Shown: in pieces, positions 32,153 through 41,409 of the stretch
Layout of the letters: each line of letters begins with the position of its first letter
Position numbering within the stretch: position 1 is the stretch's first letter
Assembly (NCBI GenBank): GCA_019744845.1
Contig: JAIETW010000001.1
Span: 482,859-546,858 of the forward strand
From: Patescibacteria group bacterium
Lineage (GTDB): Bacteria; Patescibacteriota; Minisyncoccia; Phycocordibacterales; Phycocordibacteraceae
Direction: 5' to 3'
DNA length: 64,000 nucleotides
The notes under the pieces: generated by a model
What the model was told of the DNA's origin: nothing
What the model saw: only the letters and a program-made list of their open reading frames with translations
The model's database searches: none
Position numbers and translations under genes: made by a program

Positions 32153-32722
32153 ATGCACTCCTCCCTTATTAACCTCCTTTCCTCCGAACGCATTCGTGCG
32201 TTTCAGCAGGGATACTTCTATCGCCTTGGTACGGTGATCGCTCTTTCGCTTGCCTTCATGCTCATGCTTCACGCCATGATGCTTGCGCCTGCGTACTTCA
32301 CGCTTGCTGAAGCGAAGGCGAATGAAACGACTCTTCTTCAGAGTGTGAAGGAGCGTCTCTCTTCTGCAGGAGATCAGGAAATTACGGAACGCCTTGCGGC
32401 ACTCGGAAAGCAAACGGAACACCTTGTTCGTCTTGCAGCGGTGCCATCGGCCACCGCTACTATGCGGGAAGTACTTCTGCTTCCACGAAGCGGCATCACG
32501 CTTACCGGGCTTTCCTTCACTCCACCGGCAGGGAAGACCGGAGGACAGCTCCGGCTGACTGGCACTGCCGTATCTCGTGATGCACTCCGAAGCTACCAAA
32601 GCACTCTTGGTACTCTTCCGACGGTTACGAATGTTGACTTGCCAATCAGTGCATTTGCGAAGGAGAGTGATATTCCATTTACGATTACACTCACCGGGAG
32701 TTTTAGCCCCGTCTCGCCATGA
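32153..32722 (+). CDS. pilN: PilN-like pilus assembly protein
   Basis: Single N-terminal TM helix followed by a coiled-coil/periplasmic domain. Position after pilM. Confidence 0.5.
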   Translation: MHSSLINLLSSERIRAFQQGYFYRLGTVIALSLAFMLMLHAMMLAPAYFTLAEAKANETTLLQSVKERLSSAGDQEITERLAALGKQTEHLVRLAAVPSATATMREVLLLPRSGITLTGLSFTPPAGKTGGQLRLTGTAVSRDALRSYQSTLGTLPTVTNVDLPISAFAKESDIPFTITLTGSFSPVSP

Positions 32723-33294
32723 CCAAGACCACTCTCATTCACCTGGGGCTTTCTATTCTCCTTCTCATCGGAGTAGGAGTGGCGTATGTATTTTGGTACA
32801 CGAGCGTCGTCTCTCTTCGCACTGAAGTCGCCACTCTCCGGACGGAAACGGAGACACTTTCCGCGTCTGCACTTCAAATCTCTGCTGCGCGATCTGCACT
32901 CGCAAAACTAACGGAGGACGAGACGTACTTTGGTTCTTACTTTGTCTCTACCTCAACCGTCGTTTCTTACCTTGAAGCACTTGAGAGTGCAGGAGATGAG
33001 TTTGGTGCCTTTGTAGAAGTAGTGTCAGTCACTCCGGAAGGAAAAACACGACTGGCGGTCTCTTGGAAGGCAGAAGGATCATTTGTGCAGGTGATGCGCA
33101 CGGCCGGTGTAATTGAGCACGGCCCCTACGATGCAGTGATGAAGAGTCTCACTATTGATACCAATGTGTCGGCAGAGGGAGTGTGGACGGTGTCTGGAGT
33201 CGTCTCAGTCGGGATGCGACCAGACGAAGGAACGAAGGAGCAGTCGGGCGCTCCTGCCGCTCCGTCGGATAATGTGAACGACCTTCTTATATGA
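32719..33294 (+). CDS. pilO: PilO-like pilus assembly protein
   Basis: N-terminal TM helix plus a coiled-coil segment (LRTEVATLRTETETLSAS). 4-nt overlap with pilN. Confidence 0.45.
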   Translation: MTKTTLIHLGLSILLLIGVGVAYVFWYTSVVSLRTEVATLRTETETLSASALQISAARSALAKLTEDETYFGSYFVSTSTVVSYLEALESAGDEFGAFVEVVSVTPEGKTRLAVSWKAEGSFVQVMRTAGVIEHGPYDAVMKSLTIDTNVSAEGVWTVSGVVSVGMRPDEGTKEQSGAPAAPSDNVNDLLI

Positions 33295-33584
33295 AACTCA
33301 AACTCCCATTTAAGGTACCAAGCTTGAAGTACGGCGATCGTATTCACGCCGTGCGTGACTGGCTCGCCCTTCTCTCCGCGCTCCTTATCTTCCTTGTGGC
33401 AAGCGTTGCATGGAATGCGTGGTTCTTTGTGAACGTCACTGACGAGAGTGCCTTCATCACTCCAGGGCAGAGTGCTCCTGCGCCAATCTTGAGTGCGCTT
33501 CCTGCTGCGCGTGAAGTGCTTGAAAACAGAGCAGGGGAAGCAGATCGTTACAGAATCTTCTATCAGTTCGTTGACCCGTCGTAG
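33291..33584 (+). CDS. Small hypothetical membrane protein (pilMNO operon tail)
   Basis: 97 aa, one TM helix, 4-nt overlap with the upstream gene. Confidence 0.35.
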   Translation: MKLKLPFKVPSLKYGDRIHAVRDWLALLSALLIFLVASVAWNAWFFVNVTDESAFITPGQSAPAPILSALPAAREVLENRAGEADRYRIFYQFVDPS

Positions 33585-33605
33585 GAGGACGAGTACTGTT
33601 ACTAA

Positions 33606-33677
33606 GCCCCCATAGCTTAATGGATAAAGCTGCGGACTTCTAAGCCGTCGATCTAGGTTCGATTCCTGGTGGGGGCA
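33606..33677 (+). tRNA. tRNA-Arg (anticodon TCT)
   Basis: GCCCCCATAGCTTAATGGATAAAGCTGCGGACTTCTAAGCCGTCGATCTAGGTTCGATTCCTGGTGGGGGCA. Acceptor GCCCCCA/TGGGGGC. Anticodon loop CTTCTAA. One A-G mismatch closes the anticodon stem. Confidence 0.75.
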
Positions 33678-33686
33678 CAGCTGGCG

Positions 33687-34232
33687 TTATGCTCGGTGCC
33701 ACAGTGCGAGCTCTTCTGCAGTAAGGACGGTCTCCGTAATGAGGAGCTCTTCCATAATTGGTGCGACTGCAATCATCGCATCAACGAGTCCAAGTCGCGT
33801 GCGCTCACTTCCGCTTACCTCAAAACGTACTGGCCATGTAGTTACAATTTCTGTAATGATTTGACGATCTCCAGCGGTAAGACGAGTGCCGTGCTCGTAT
33901 GTCATTAAAATATCAAGGAGATGTTCTGACATCACAAATGGATTAATCTCTGCATGTGCTTCTTTGAGCTGGTGGAGTATTGGTGTGATGCTTTCGCGCC
34001 GTGCCCATGCATCAAGAATACGAGTGCGCACACCCAGGTACTCTCCGTATGGTCGTCCATCTGCGTCTTCTCCCTCTGCCCAGTGCACAAGACGCTCTAT
34101 GTCATGCGCGGTAAGTTCTTCGGTCGGCGGCCATGGCTGCTCGGTGGATCCGGCAAGCGTACTCGCCGCCGCGGCAGCAGCGAGTGCTTCGTTCACATTT
34201 CTGCGAGTGTACCTCTTTTCATCTTCCGGCAT
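33687..34232 (-). CDS. Hypothetical protein (181 aa)
   Basis: The ORF-track ORF 33687..34343 runs through tRNA-Val. The first ATG downstream of the tRNA (MPEDEKRY...) is at 34232. No known motif. Confidence 0.4.
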   Translation of the reverse strand: MPEDEKRYTRRNVNEALAAAAAASTLAGSTEQPWPPTEELTAHDIERLVHWAEGEDADGRPYGEYLGVRTRILDAWARRESITPILHQLKEAHAEINPFVMSEHLLDILMTYEHGTRLTAGDRQIITEIVTTWPVRFEVSGSERTRLGLVDAMIAVAPIMEELLITETVLTAEELALWHRA

Positions 34233-34249
34233 AGATGAGTTTTCGGTGG

Positions 34250-34322
34250 TGGGCGCTAGAGGACTCGAACCTCTGACCATCCCGGTGTAAACGGGGTGCT
34301 CTACCAACTGAGCTAAGCGCCC
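34250..34322 (-). tRNA. tRNA-Val (anticodon TAC)
   Basis: Reverse complement GGGCGCTTAGCTCAGTTGGTAGAGCACCCCGTTTACACCGGGATGGTCAGAGGTTCGAGTCCTCTAGCGCCCACCA. Anticodon loop TTTACAC. CCA is encoded. Confidence 0.85.
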
Positions 34323-34378
34323 GGTCCTGAGACGATAGCGCACCTCTCGCAGATTTCAAAGCGTGGTAGGTTCTATAT

Positions 34379-34648
34379 ATGGAACGCATGGAGGCTTTGG
34401 TCTCGGGCAGGGTACAGGGCGTGATGTATAGAGACTTCGTGGAGCGGAACGCTTCCGCACTCTCTTTGTGTGGATTTGTGAAGAATCTGCCTGACGGGAC
34501 GGTGTCTGTCTATGCAGAAGGGTCGCGCAAACACCTTGAAACATTACTAGAGCGTCTCAAGAAAGGACCGATGTTTGCCAAGGTAGACGAGGTGACGGTT
34601 TCTTGGGCCGAAGCGACAAATGAACATAAATCTTTTAGTATCAAATAA
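34379..34648 (+). CDS. acyP: Acylphosphatase
   Basis: VSGRVQGVMYRDF matches the acylphosphatase signature (V-x-G-x-V-Q-G-V-x-F-R). 89 aa. Confidence 0.8.
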   Translation: MERMEALVSGRVQGVMYRDFVERNASALSLCGFVKNLPDGTVSVYAEGSRKHLETLLERLKKGPMFAKVDEVTVSWAEATNEHKSFSIK

Positions 34649-34651
34649 GTC

Positions 34652-35392
34652 ATGAATCTCCCTATCATTTACGAAGACGAGCAGCTCGTCGCGGTCAACA
34701 AGCCTGCGGGCGTAATGACGCACCCTGACGGAAAGACCTCCGAAGAGACCGTGAGCGACTGGTTTGCAGCTAGGTATCCGGAAAGTAAGGATGTGGGTGA
34801 AGTACAGAAACTTCCTGACGGCACTGAGCTCACGCGCCCTGGTGTCGTGCATCGTCTTGATCGCGATACCTCAGGAGTAATTGTGCTTGCGAAGACACAG
34901 GAGGCACACGCATTCTTGAAGAGTGCATTTCAAAACAGGGAAGCGAAGAAAACCTATGTGGCCTTTGTATACGGTATCCCCAAGGAACGGCGCGGAGTGA
35001 TTGAGTTTGCGATTGGACGTTCTCGCAAAGACTTCCGACTCCGCTCCGCACAACCGAAGGCGAAGGGTCTGCTTCGCGAGGCCGTCACTCGCTACGAGGT
35101 TATCGCAGACAACGGCACACACTCCATTATGAAAGCGATGCCCGAGACAGGGCGCACGCACCAGATTCGTGTGCACCTGAAGGCCATCCACCACCCAGTG
35201 GTAGGGGACACACTGTATGCACCAGGACGCCCGGAGGACCTTGGATTTAACCGTCTTGGTCTCCATGCGTATCGTCTGGAACTCCCGAGCCCTACTGGAG
35301 AACCGCGTATTCTCACAGCACCACTCCCTGAGGAGCTTATGAAAGGAGTAGAGAAATTCCCTGAGGGGGCGGCTCGGATTGCCTCTATATAG
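34652..35392 (+). CDS. RluA-family pseudouridine synthase
   Basis: Catalytic motif HRLDRDTSGVIVLAK. ~246 aa. Confidence 0.85.
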   Translation: MNLPIIYEDEQLVAVNKPAGVMTHPDGKTSEETVSDWFAARYPESKDVGEVQKLPDGTELTRPGVVHRLDRDTSGVIVLAKTQEAHAFLKSAFQNREAKKTYVAFVYGIPKERRGVIEFAIGRSRKDFRLRSAQPKAKGLLREAVTRYEVIADNGTHSIMKAMPETGRTHQIRVHLKAIHHPVVGDTLYAPGRPEDLGFNRLGLHAYRLELPSPTGEPRILTAPLPEELMKGVEKFPEGAARIASI

Positions 35393-35416
35393 GCGGTGTG
35401 ATAGAGTACGCCGACT

Positions 35417-35935
35417 ATGAATCAGGTCATCACTCCGGTTAAGACCGAGGAACGCACCAAGCTTGGCATCCGCCCAGGCGATACGGTCCGTGTCCACCAG
35501 AAGATTGTAGAAAAGGGGAAGACTCGTCTCCAGGTATTTGAAGGTCTCGTCCTTGCGGTCAAGCACGGTACTGAGGCAGGAGCCTCTTTCACCGTTCGTG
35601 CCACCCTTTCTGGTATCGGCGTTGAGCGCGTGTTCCCACTCTACGCTCCTTTTATTGAGAAGATTGAGATCGTAAAGCGCTCTAAGGTTCGCCGCGCAAA
35701 GCTTTACTTCATCCGTGACAAGGTTGCTCGTGAAGTACGCCGCCAGCTCCGCAATATGCGCATGATGAACGTCTCTACGACTGACTTTAAAGAGGAAGAG
35801 AAGGAGGTGGTGTCCGTACTCCCAGAAGAGAACCAGGAGGAGAAGATGGAGACAGCTCCAGAAGTTGCAGAGGCAGGGGGAGATACTTCAACCGAAGCAG
35901 CACCGGAAGCAGCAGAAGAGAAAGCAGCGGTGTAA
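35417..35935 (+). CDS. rplS: 50S ribosomal protein L19 (with acidic C-terminal extension)
   Basis: RPGDTVRVHQKIVEKGKTRLQVFEGLVL...SFTVR...GVERVFPLYAP...VRRAKLYFIRD matches the L19 consensus. Confidence 0.9.
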   Translation: MNQVITPVKTEERTKLGIRPGDTVRVHQKIVEKGKTRLQVFEGLVLAVKHGTEAGASFTVRATLSGIGVERVFPLYAPFIEKIEIVKRSKVRRAKLYFIRDKVAREVRRQLRNMRMMNVSTTDFKEEEKEVVSVLPEENQEEKMETAPEVAEAGGDTSTEAAPEAAEEKAAV

Positions 35936-35941
35936 CGAAAA

Positions 35942-35964
35942 GACCAGGACACCCTGGTCTTTTT
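35942..35964 (+). terminator. Rho-independent terminator after rplS
   Basis: GACCAGG-ACAC-CCTGGTC hairpin followed by TTTTT. Confidence 0.65.
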
Positions 35965-35995
35965 CATATGTTGTCGGTATAGTACGCGGGCACCT

Positions 35996-36077
35996 GCCCA
36001 GGTGGCGGAATTGGTATACGCGCTACCTTGAGGTGGTAGTGCCGCAAGGCTTGGAGGTTCGAGTCCTCTCCTGGGCA
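35996..36077 (+). tRNA. tRNA-Leu (anticodon GAG)
   Basis: GCCCAGGTGGCGGAATTGGTATACGCGCTACCTTGAGGTGGTAGTGCCGCAAGGCTTGGAGGTTCGAGTCCTCTCCTGGGCA. Long variable arm. Anticodon loop TTGAGGT. Confidence 0.85.
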
Positions 36078-36090
36078 CAGACGAAACACC

Positions 36091-36387
36091 GTGGTTATGC
36101 ACCACGGTGTTGTTGTTTCCTCTCTCAATCGTTGCCATGATGAAAATATGAGACAGCACTTACTGAATTCCTTAATGGTTTCAATTGAGTGGCGTGTGAT
36201 TGCGTTCCTGATCACCAATGTCTTCCTCTGGTTTGTGACAGGACATTTCGGGCAGGCAACTGCGCTCGCGCTCGGACTTCACCTCATTCTTTTCTTTGCA
36301 CATTTCGTATGGCACTTCGTCCGACGGGAGTACCCTCGGATGGAGCTTGAGGCAGCGGCTTCCAGAGCGTCGGAACGCGTGGTATAA
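36091..36387 (+). CDS. Small hypothetical membrane protein
   Basis: Two hydrophobic helices. Start could be the internal M (MRQHLLNSLMV...). Confidence 0.35.
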   Translation: MVMHHGVVVSSLNRCHDENMRQHLLNSLMVSIEWRVIAFLITNVFLWFVTGHFGQATALALGLHLILFFAHFVWHFVRREYPRMELEAAASRASERVV

Positions 36388-36398
36388 GTGCGAGACAT

Positions 36399-36474
36399 GG
36401 CGACCGTGGTGTAACGGTTAACACTGCAGGTTGTGGTCCTGCCAATTCGGGTTCGATTCCCGGCGGTCGCCCCA
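36399..36474 (+). tRNA. tRNA-His (anticodon GTG) with encoded G-1 and CCA
   Basis: G-GCGACCGTGGTGTAACGGTTAACACTGCAGGTTGTGGTCCTGCCAATTCGGGTTCGATTCCCGGCGGTCGC-C-CCA. The extra 5' G pairs with discriminator C, the tRNA-His hallmark. Confidence 0.85.
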
Positions 36475-36491
36475 AGGTATAATCCAGCTAT

Positions 36492-36860
36492 ATGGACTTC
36501 ATCAAAGAATTTAAGACCTTCGCGCTTCGTGGGAACGCACTGGATCTCGCGGTGGGAGTTGTGATTGGCGCGGCATTTAACAGTATCGTTACTTCGCTTG
36601 TCACCAATATTCTGACTCCACCTCTTGGACTCGTCATAGGAGGCGTAGATTTCAGTGATCTTCAGGTGGTCATTGGAGGGGAAGCTGCTATTCAGTACGG
36701 CCTTTTCATTGAAGCGATCATAAGCTTCGTCATCACCGCCTTTGCACTCTTCCTCCTTATTAAGGCGATGAACAAGTTCGTGAAGAAGCCTGACGTGCCG
36801 GTGACGAAGCCTGCAGACGTGGTGGTGCTAGAAGAAATTCGTGATCTCCTGAAGAAATAG
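36492..36860 (+). CDS. mscL: Large-conductance mechanosensitive channel MscL
   Basis: MDFIKEFKTFALRGNALDLAVGVVIGAAFNSIVTSLVTNILTPPLG is the MscL signature N-terminus. 122 aa. Confidence 0.9.
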   Translation: MDFIKEFKTFALRGNALDLAVGVVIGAAFNSIVTSLVTNILTPPLGLVIGGVDFSDLQVVIGGEAAIQYGLFIEAIISFVITAFALFLLIKAMNKFVKKPDVPVTKPADVVVLEEIRDLLKK

Positions 36861-36883
36861 GAGAAGTGCTAGACTAGGGGCAT

Positions 36884-37522
36884 ATGAAACAGCTTCTTCT
36901 CGGGGTAGTGCTTTTGGTGCTTATCGGTATTGCGGGATTCTTTTATAGGAATGCGATAGAGGGACCAGGTCCGATTGTCGCCTGTCCGCTCGATGCAAAA
37001 CTCTGCCCTGACGGTTCTTCAGTCGGTCGTGTGCTTCCGACTTGTGAGTTTGCCGCCTGCCTAGCCGCAGAAGGGAAGGTCTCCTACTCCATGCCTGCGG
37101 GCTACACTGCGGATGAGAATGCGTACGGCGCTGACACTTCTCTCCTTGATGCATTCGTAAAGTCATCACTCTCAGAAAATCCAAAGCACACCATTACGGT
37201 GCGTGAGTACATGATTCCTGAGGGGCAAACGGCAAACGATGTGATCATCGCGAATACAACCTTCTATCCTTCAGATATGCCGGCTGAATCCATGGATCAG
37301 TTTGAGCCGGTCACTGTAAACGGAAAGACGTATCAGTCAGTGGTGATTGAGCGCTTTGAAGCAATTGTGCACAGCGCATACTTCCTCCCACTTGAAGGCA
37401 AGGTGTTGAAGTTTGAGATTGTGGAGCACGACGTCATGGATTGGATGGAGCCTACACTCGCGGTGAAGAAGCTCCCTGAGCATGCCGCATTCATTCAGAT
37501 GCTCGGCACAGTGTCGTACTAA
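36884..37522 (+). CDS. Hypothetical secreted/membrane-anchored Cys-containing protein
   Basis: N-terminal hydrophobic anchor/signal MKQLLLGVVLLVLIGIAGFF. 212 aa. Confidence 0.45.
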   Translation: MKQLLLGVVLLVLIGIAGFFYRNAIEGPGPIVACPLDAKLCPDGSSVGRVLPTCEFAACLAAEGKVSYSMPAGYTADENAYGADTSLLDAFVKSSLSENPKHTITVREYMIPEGQTANDVIIANTTFYPSDMPAESMDQFEPVTVNGKTYQSVVIERFEAIVHSAYFLPLEGKVLKFEIVEHDVMDWMEPTLAVKKLPEHAAFIQMLGTVSY

Positions 37523-37525
37523 TCT

Positions 37526-38098
37526 ATGGCTGAACGTTCCGCACAGGAGAGAGATTCACGCTTCGGTGCTCCAGAGAAGAGAGAAGTTGATGGGCATTCC
37601 ATCACCATTCGGTACCCGAACCCAGAGGCGGTGGCCGCACTTGAGGGGCGCATTGCGGATACGGAATTTACGGATGAAATGTTGCGTCCTCAAATCGCAA
37701 CTCTCATCGCGATGCTGAAACTTCCGATCATTACAGATGATTTTGGAAATCAGCATGAGGCCCGACGAGCCTGGCGCACAGGTCTTCTTGAAAAAGGACT
37801 TACGGAAGAGCATGCGCTCCTTGAGCAAGGATTATTGCGCGGGAATAACATTGGCGCGCTTTCCGTGTTTGATGCACTCAAAGCAATGCAACAACACCTT
37901 GGAAGATTTGCAGTGGTAAACGGACAGAACCCGGAGCACTTTTCAGAAATCGTAAACGCAGGACTTCACATGCTGAGCAAGGTACAGAACGAGTACGAGC
38001 AGATGGATACAGCTCAGCGTCTCGTCTTTGTAGAGCGCTCGATTGAGCTCGTGGAGAAAGCCGTATGGGGACTCGTGAAGTTGTTTGAGAAGGCCTAG
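37526..38098 (+). CDS. Hypothetical protein (190 aa)
   Basis: No TM segment and no recognised motif. Helical, charged. Confidence 0.4.
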   Translation: MAERSAQERDSRFGAPEKREVDGHSITIRYPNPEAVAALEGRIADTEFTDEMLRPQIATLIAMLKLPIITDDFGNQHEARRAWRTGLLEKGLTEEHALLEQGLLRGNNIGALSVFDALKAMQQHLGRFAVVNGQNPEHFSEIVNAGLHMLSKVQNEYEQMDTAQRLVFVERSIELVEKAVWGLVKLFEKA

Positions 38099-38940
38099 TC
38101 TACGTGACCCACTTCCTCCTCTAGGTGCATCTCCTCTTCAAGGTGAGTGCTTTCACCTTCATGTGCCTCGTCTCCGTGCCCGTGACTTTCGGTGCCCATG
38201 AGCAGTACCATCGCGAGAAGTCCAAGAAGAATCACCCCGAACTGAAGGAGTGAGCGGCGCTTTCCTGTGGTTTTGTGAAGCTCAGGAATAAGATCTGCCG
38301 CAGCGATGTAAATGAACATACCTGCAGTGAATGAGGTGATGAGAGGCACGGCAATCTCACCAAAGGTAGAAAGCCAGAAGGCGAGCCCGACTCCCACGAA
38401 TGCAGTAAGTGCAGATAAGAAGTTCATCAAAAGCGCTTTGCCGCGAGAGAAGCCTGCGTGTATCAGAAGACCAAACTCACCAATCTCCTGAGGGATCTCG
38501 TGAAGTGCGATCGCAATGGTTGTTGCGATACCTACTTCAGGAGAGATAAGGAATGCGGCACCAATCGCAATACCGTCTACAAGGTTATGAATACCATCAG
38601 AAACAATCACCATGTGCCCGACCGGGTGGATGGTGGCGTGGTCAGGGGAATACTCTTCGTCGCCGTGACTGTGGTGCCAGTTAAGGAATTTCTCTAGGAC
38701 AAAGAAGGTGAAGAATCCGGTAAGAATGAGAAGAGATACGGTAAGTGCGGAGGCTTGCTCAAATGCTTCCGGTATAAGGTGGATGAATGCATCACCAAGC
38801 AGTGCTCCCGCCGCAAGTGAAATAAGAAGAAACAGAATCTTTTTCAGGAATTCCTGACGGAGTGAGAGTGTCGCGATACCGACAAGAGAAATAAGACTCA
38901 CGACGCCAACGGCGAACAGGCTTTGTATAAGAGGGGTCAT
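38095..38940 (-). CDS. zupT: ZIP-family zinc transporter (ZupT-like)
   Basis: His-rich loop HHSHGDEE. Conserved ZIP motif HEIPQEIGEFGLL. Eight TM helices. Real start MTPLIQSLFAVG at 38940, so the long N-terminal extension in the ORF track is rejected. Confidence 0.8.
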   Translation of the reverse strand: MTPLIQSLFAVGVVSLISLVGIATLSLRQEFLKKILFLLISLAAGALLGDAFIHLIPEAFEQASALTVSLLILTGFFTFFVLEKFLNWHHSHGDEEYSPDHATIHPVGHMVIVSDGIHNLVDGIAIGAAFLISPEVGIATTIAIALHEIPQEIGEFGLLIHAGFSRGKALLMNFLSALTAFVGVGLAFWLSTFGEIAVPLITSFTAGMFIYIAAADLIPELHKTTGKRRSLLQFGVILLGLLAMVLLMGTESHGHGDEAHEGESTHLEEEMHLEEEVGHVD

Positions 38941-38970
38941 GACGGTACCGTAGCATGGGGAAAGTCTAGT

Positions 38971-38985
38971 TGCAAATAATTTGCA
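38971..38985. promoter_or_regulatory. Candidate Zur operator: perfect 15-bp palindrome in the zupT/zur divergent promoter region
   Basis: TGCAAATAATTTGCA (7-bp arms around a central A). AT-rich palindrome of Fur/Zur-box type. Lies between the divergent zupT and Fur-family regulator genes. Confidence 0.45.
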
Positions 38986-39021
38986 TGTGTAAAACTCAGG
39001 GGAACCAGGTATGATGGAGGA

Positions 39022-39441
39022 ATGAGTAAAAAAGGAATTGATGCGGCAGCTCTCCTGAGAGATGCGGGTGTGCGTGCCACGCCGCAGCGCATTCGTATCG
39101 TGGAGATACTCCATGCGCGGCATCGCCCCCTTTCTATAGAGGCGCTCGTGTCCGCGGGGAAGGGAGTGTTTGATATGACAACCGCATACCGTGCGGTAGA
39201 AACGCTCTGGAAGAGCGGGGTGGTGCGACGTATTGATCTCAAGCAGCAGCACGCACTCTATGAACTTGCAGAAGATCACCATCATCATGCGGTGTGCACT
39301 TCCTGCGGTGCCATCCAGGATGTGAGCATGTGTATTAGCCCTTCGCTTGATGAAAAGGTGCGACGTGCGGTCGGGTTTAGTCGCGTAGACTCACATGCGC
39401 TAGAATTCTTTGGTATCTGTAACGCCTGCGCCAAGAAATGA
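39022..39441 (+). CDS. zur: Fur-family metalloregulator, probably Zur (zinc uptake regulator)
   Basis: Winged-helix N-domain TPQRIRIVEIL. Metal-binding HHHH...C-x2-C and C-x2-C (CTSCG, CNAC) motifs. Divergent from a ZIP transporter. Confidence 0.75.
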   Translation: MSKKGIDAAALLRDAGVRATPQRIRIVEILHARHRPLSIEALVSAGKGVFDMTTAYRAVETLWKSGVVRRIDLKQQHALYELAEDHHHHAVCTSCGAIQDVSMCISPSLDEKVRRAVGFSRVDSHALEFFGICNACAKK

Positions 39442-40535
39442 AATCATTCCTTTTCTCTCTTCTCGTGCTTGCAACGTGCATCCCAACATCCGTACTTGCG
39501 GCAGAGCCTTCTTTTGCAGATAGCGTCATGCGTGCGAGAGTGCTGTCTGTTGAATCTGCAGGAGAGCGTGCGGTTGCGGGGACGGATCTTTCCGAAGCGT
39601 TCCAGCGTTTGTCGGTAGAAGTCATAGAAGGAGCGCAGAAGGGAGAGATTCTAGAAGTAGAAAACAATGCGCCAACGGCGCTGTCCGTCGGGGATGTCTT
39701 CTATCTCCACAAAGTATCAGACGAATTTGGTACGCAGTATGCGGTAGGGGAGCCTGATCGTCGCTGGGTTCTTTTCGGTCTTGCTGGACTGTTTGTACTC
39801 GTCACCGTGGTGGCCGCAGGAAAAGCAGGAGCACTCTCACTTCTTTCTCTTGTCCTCAGCTTCCTCATTATTATTTATGGTCTTGTGCCTGCGCTCTCGT
39901 CAGGAGGAGATCCAGTTTTGATCTCTGTGTTCTTTGCAATTGTGATGCTCGCAGTCGCCATGATCATGACGCACGGCTTGAATCGTGCAATGTGGGTTGC
40001 GCTCGCCGGCAGCATTGTAGCGCTCGTATTTGCGGCAGTGGTTGCGCACATTGCCGTTGCGCTTGCGAATCTTTCTGGGTTTGCGAGCGATGAGACGGTG
40101 TTCCTAAACTTCGCAACGGATGGCGCTATTAATCTCCCCGCACTTCTCTTGGGAGGCATCCTCGTCGGTATCGTCGGTATTTTGAACGACGTATCGGTAT
40201 CTCAGGTACATACGGTCATCGAGATCTCTGATGCGAACCCTGCACTCACCAAGAAAGAGGTGCTTACACGTGCCATGCGGGTGGGGCAGGAGCACATGGG
40301 GGCAGTCGTGAATACGCTTCCGCTTGCCTATGCTGGTGCCTCACTCCCACTCCTCCTCCTATTCTTTGGGTCTGATGCCTCTCCTTTGTTTATTCTGAAC
40401 CGAGAGATATTTGCCGTAGAGCTTATCCGTACCTTTGCTGGGGGCATAGGGCTTATGTGTTCCGGGGTCATCGCGACCCTCCTTGCGGTAATGTTTACGG
40501 GCCCGGCACGTCATCGTGATAGAATCGCTATATAA
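39438..40535 (+). CDS. YibE/F-family membrane protein
   Basis: Signal peptide, soluble N-domain, then 7-8 TM helices with the YibE/F-like pattern. Confidence 0.65.
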   Translation: MKSFLFSLLVLATCIPTSVLAAEPSFADSVMRARVLSVESAGERAVAGTDLSEAFQRLSVEVIEGAQKGEILEVENNAPTALSVGDVFYLHKVSDEFGTQYAVGEPDRRWVLFGLAGLFVLVTVVAAGKAGALSLLSLVLSFLIIIYGLVPALSSGGDPVLISVFFAIVMLAVAMIMTHGLNRAMWVALAGSIVALVFAAVVAHIAVALANLSGFASDETVFLNFATDGAINLPALLLGGILVGIVGILNDVSVSQVHTVIEISDANPALTKKEVLTRAMRVGQEHMGAVVNTLPLAYAGASLPLLLLFFGSDASPLFILNREIFAVELIRTFAGGIGLMCSGVIATLLAVMFTGPARHRDRIAI

Positions 40536-40553
40536 CAGTTACTTATTAAATCC

Positions 40554-41363
40554 ATGGACGAGAAATTCTCATTTGACCAGCTCGCAAGCTCCAAGGCCTT
40601 TCGCATGACCGCGGTTGCCGTCCTCGGCCTTCTTGCACTATTCCTTCTAGTAAAGACGGTAGACCTCATTGCATACGGCATTGGCCGCAGTGATGTGTAC
40701 CCTGCAAAGACCATCTCTGTTGAAGGAACAGGGGAAGCAAGCATGATTCCTGACATTGCACAGATCACGTACTCCGTCACCGAACAAGGTGCAACGGTAT
40801 CTGAGGCACAGGACAAGGCAACCACCAAGATGGATGCTGCCCTTGCTGCTGTTGAAGCACTCGGTGTTGAGGAGAAGGACGTAAAGACCGTTGGCTACAA
40901 CGTCTATCCACGTTACGAGTACCAGCAGCCTTGTTACTCTGGCATCTGCCCACCAGTGACCTCAAGCCCACGTATCATTGGCTACGAAGTATCACAGTCA
41001 ATTGAAGTAAAGGTTCGCGACACTGGAAAGGCAGGAGAAGTACTTCAGGCACTCGGCACTGCGGGTGTCCAGAACATCTCTGGTCCTAACTTCGTCGTAG
41101 ACGATGCAGATGGTGTACGCGCAGAAGCACGCGAACTCGCTATCAAGGAAGCAAAGGAGAAGGCAAAGCAGCTTTCTAAGGACCTTGGCGTATCCCTTGG
41201 AAACGTCGTCTCATTCTCTGAGAGCTCTGGCTACTACCCAATGTACGACTCGTACTATGGAAAGGGCGCAGGCATGGAGGCTGAACAGTCTATGGCTCCA
41301 TCTCTCCCAGTCGGTGAAGAGGAGACCACGATCACGGTCTACATCACCTACGAGATTCGCTAA
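40554..41363 (+). CDS. SIMPL-domain (DUF541) periplasmic protein
   Basis: N-terminal TM anchor plus SIMPL-like repeated beta/alpha pattern (EGTGEASMIPDIAQITYSV...AKEKAKQLSKDLGVSLG). Confidence 0.65.
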   Translation: MDEKFSFDQLASSKAFRMTAVAVLGLLALFLLVKTVDLIAYGIGRSDVYPAKTISVEGTGEASMIPDIAQITYSVTEQGATVSEAQDKATTKMDAALAAVEALGVEEKDVKTVGYNVYPRYEYQQPCYSGICPPVTSSPRIIGYEVSQSIEVKVRDTGKAGEVLQALGTAGVQNISGPNFVVDDADGVRAEARELAIKEAKEKAKQLSKDLGVSLGNVVSFSESSGYYPMYDSYYGKGAGMEAEQSMAPSLPVGEEETTITVYITYEIR

Positions 41364-41382
41364 GCGATATTCTCTCCTAAAA

Positions 41383-41404
41383 CCGCCCTACTGGGCGGTT
41401 TTTT
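41383..41404 (+). terminator. Rho-independent terminator
   Basis: CCGCCC-TACT-GGGCGG hairpin followed by TTTTTT. Confidence 0.7.
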
Positions 41405-41409
41405 GTATC

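Noticed and set aside
34233-34343. N-terminal extension of ORF 33687..34343
   Set aside because: It overlaps a well-formed tRNA-Val(TAC) gene on the same strand. The start is moved to the first ATG downstream of the tRNA.
38941-39288. 116-aa N-terminal extension of the ZIP transporter ORF
   Set aside because: The extension runs through the zur/zupT divergent promoter and the palindromic operator and has no hydrophobic or conserved character. The ZIP protein begins at MTPLIQSLFAVG (38940).
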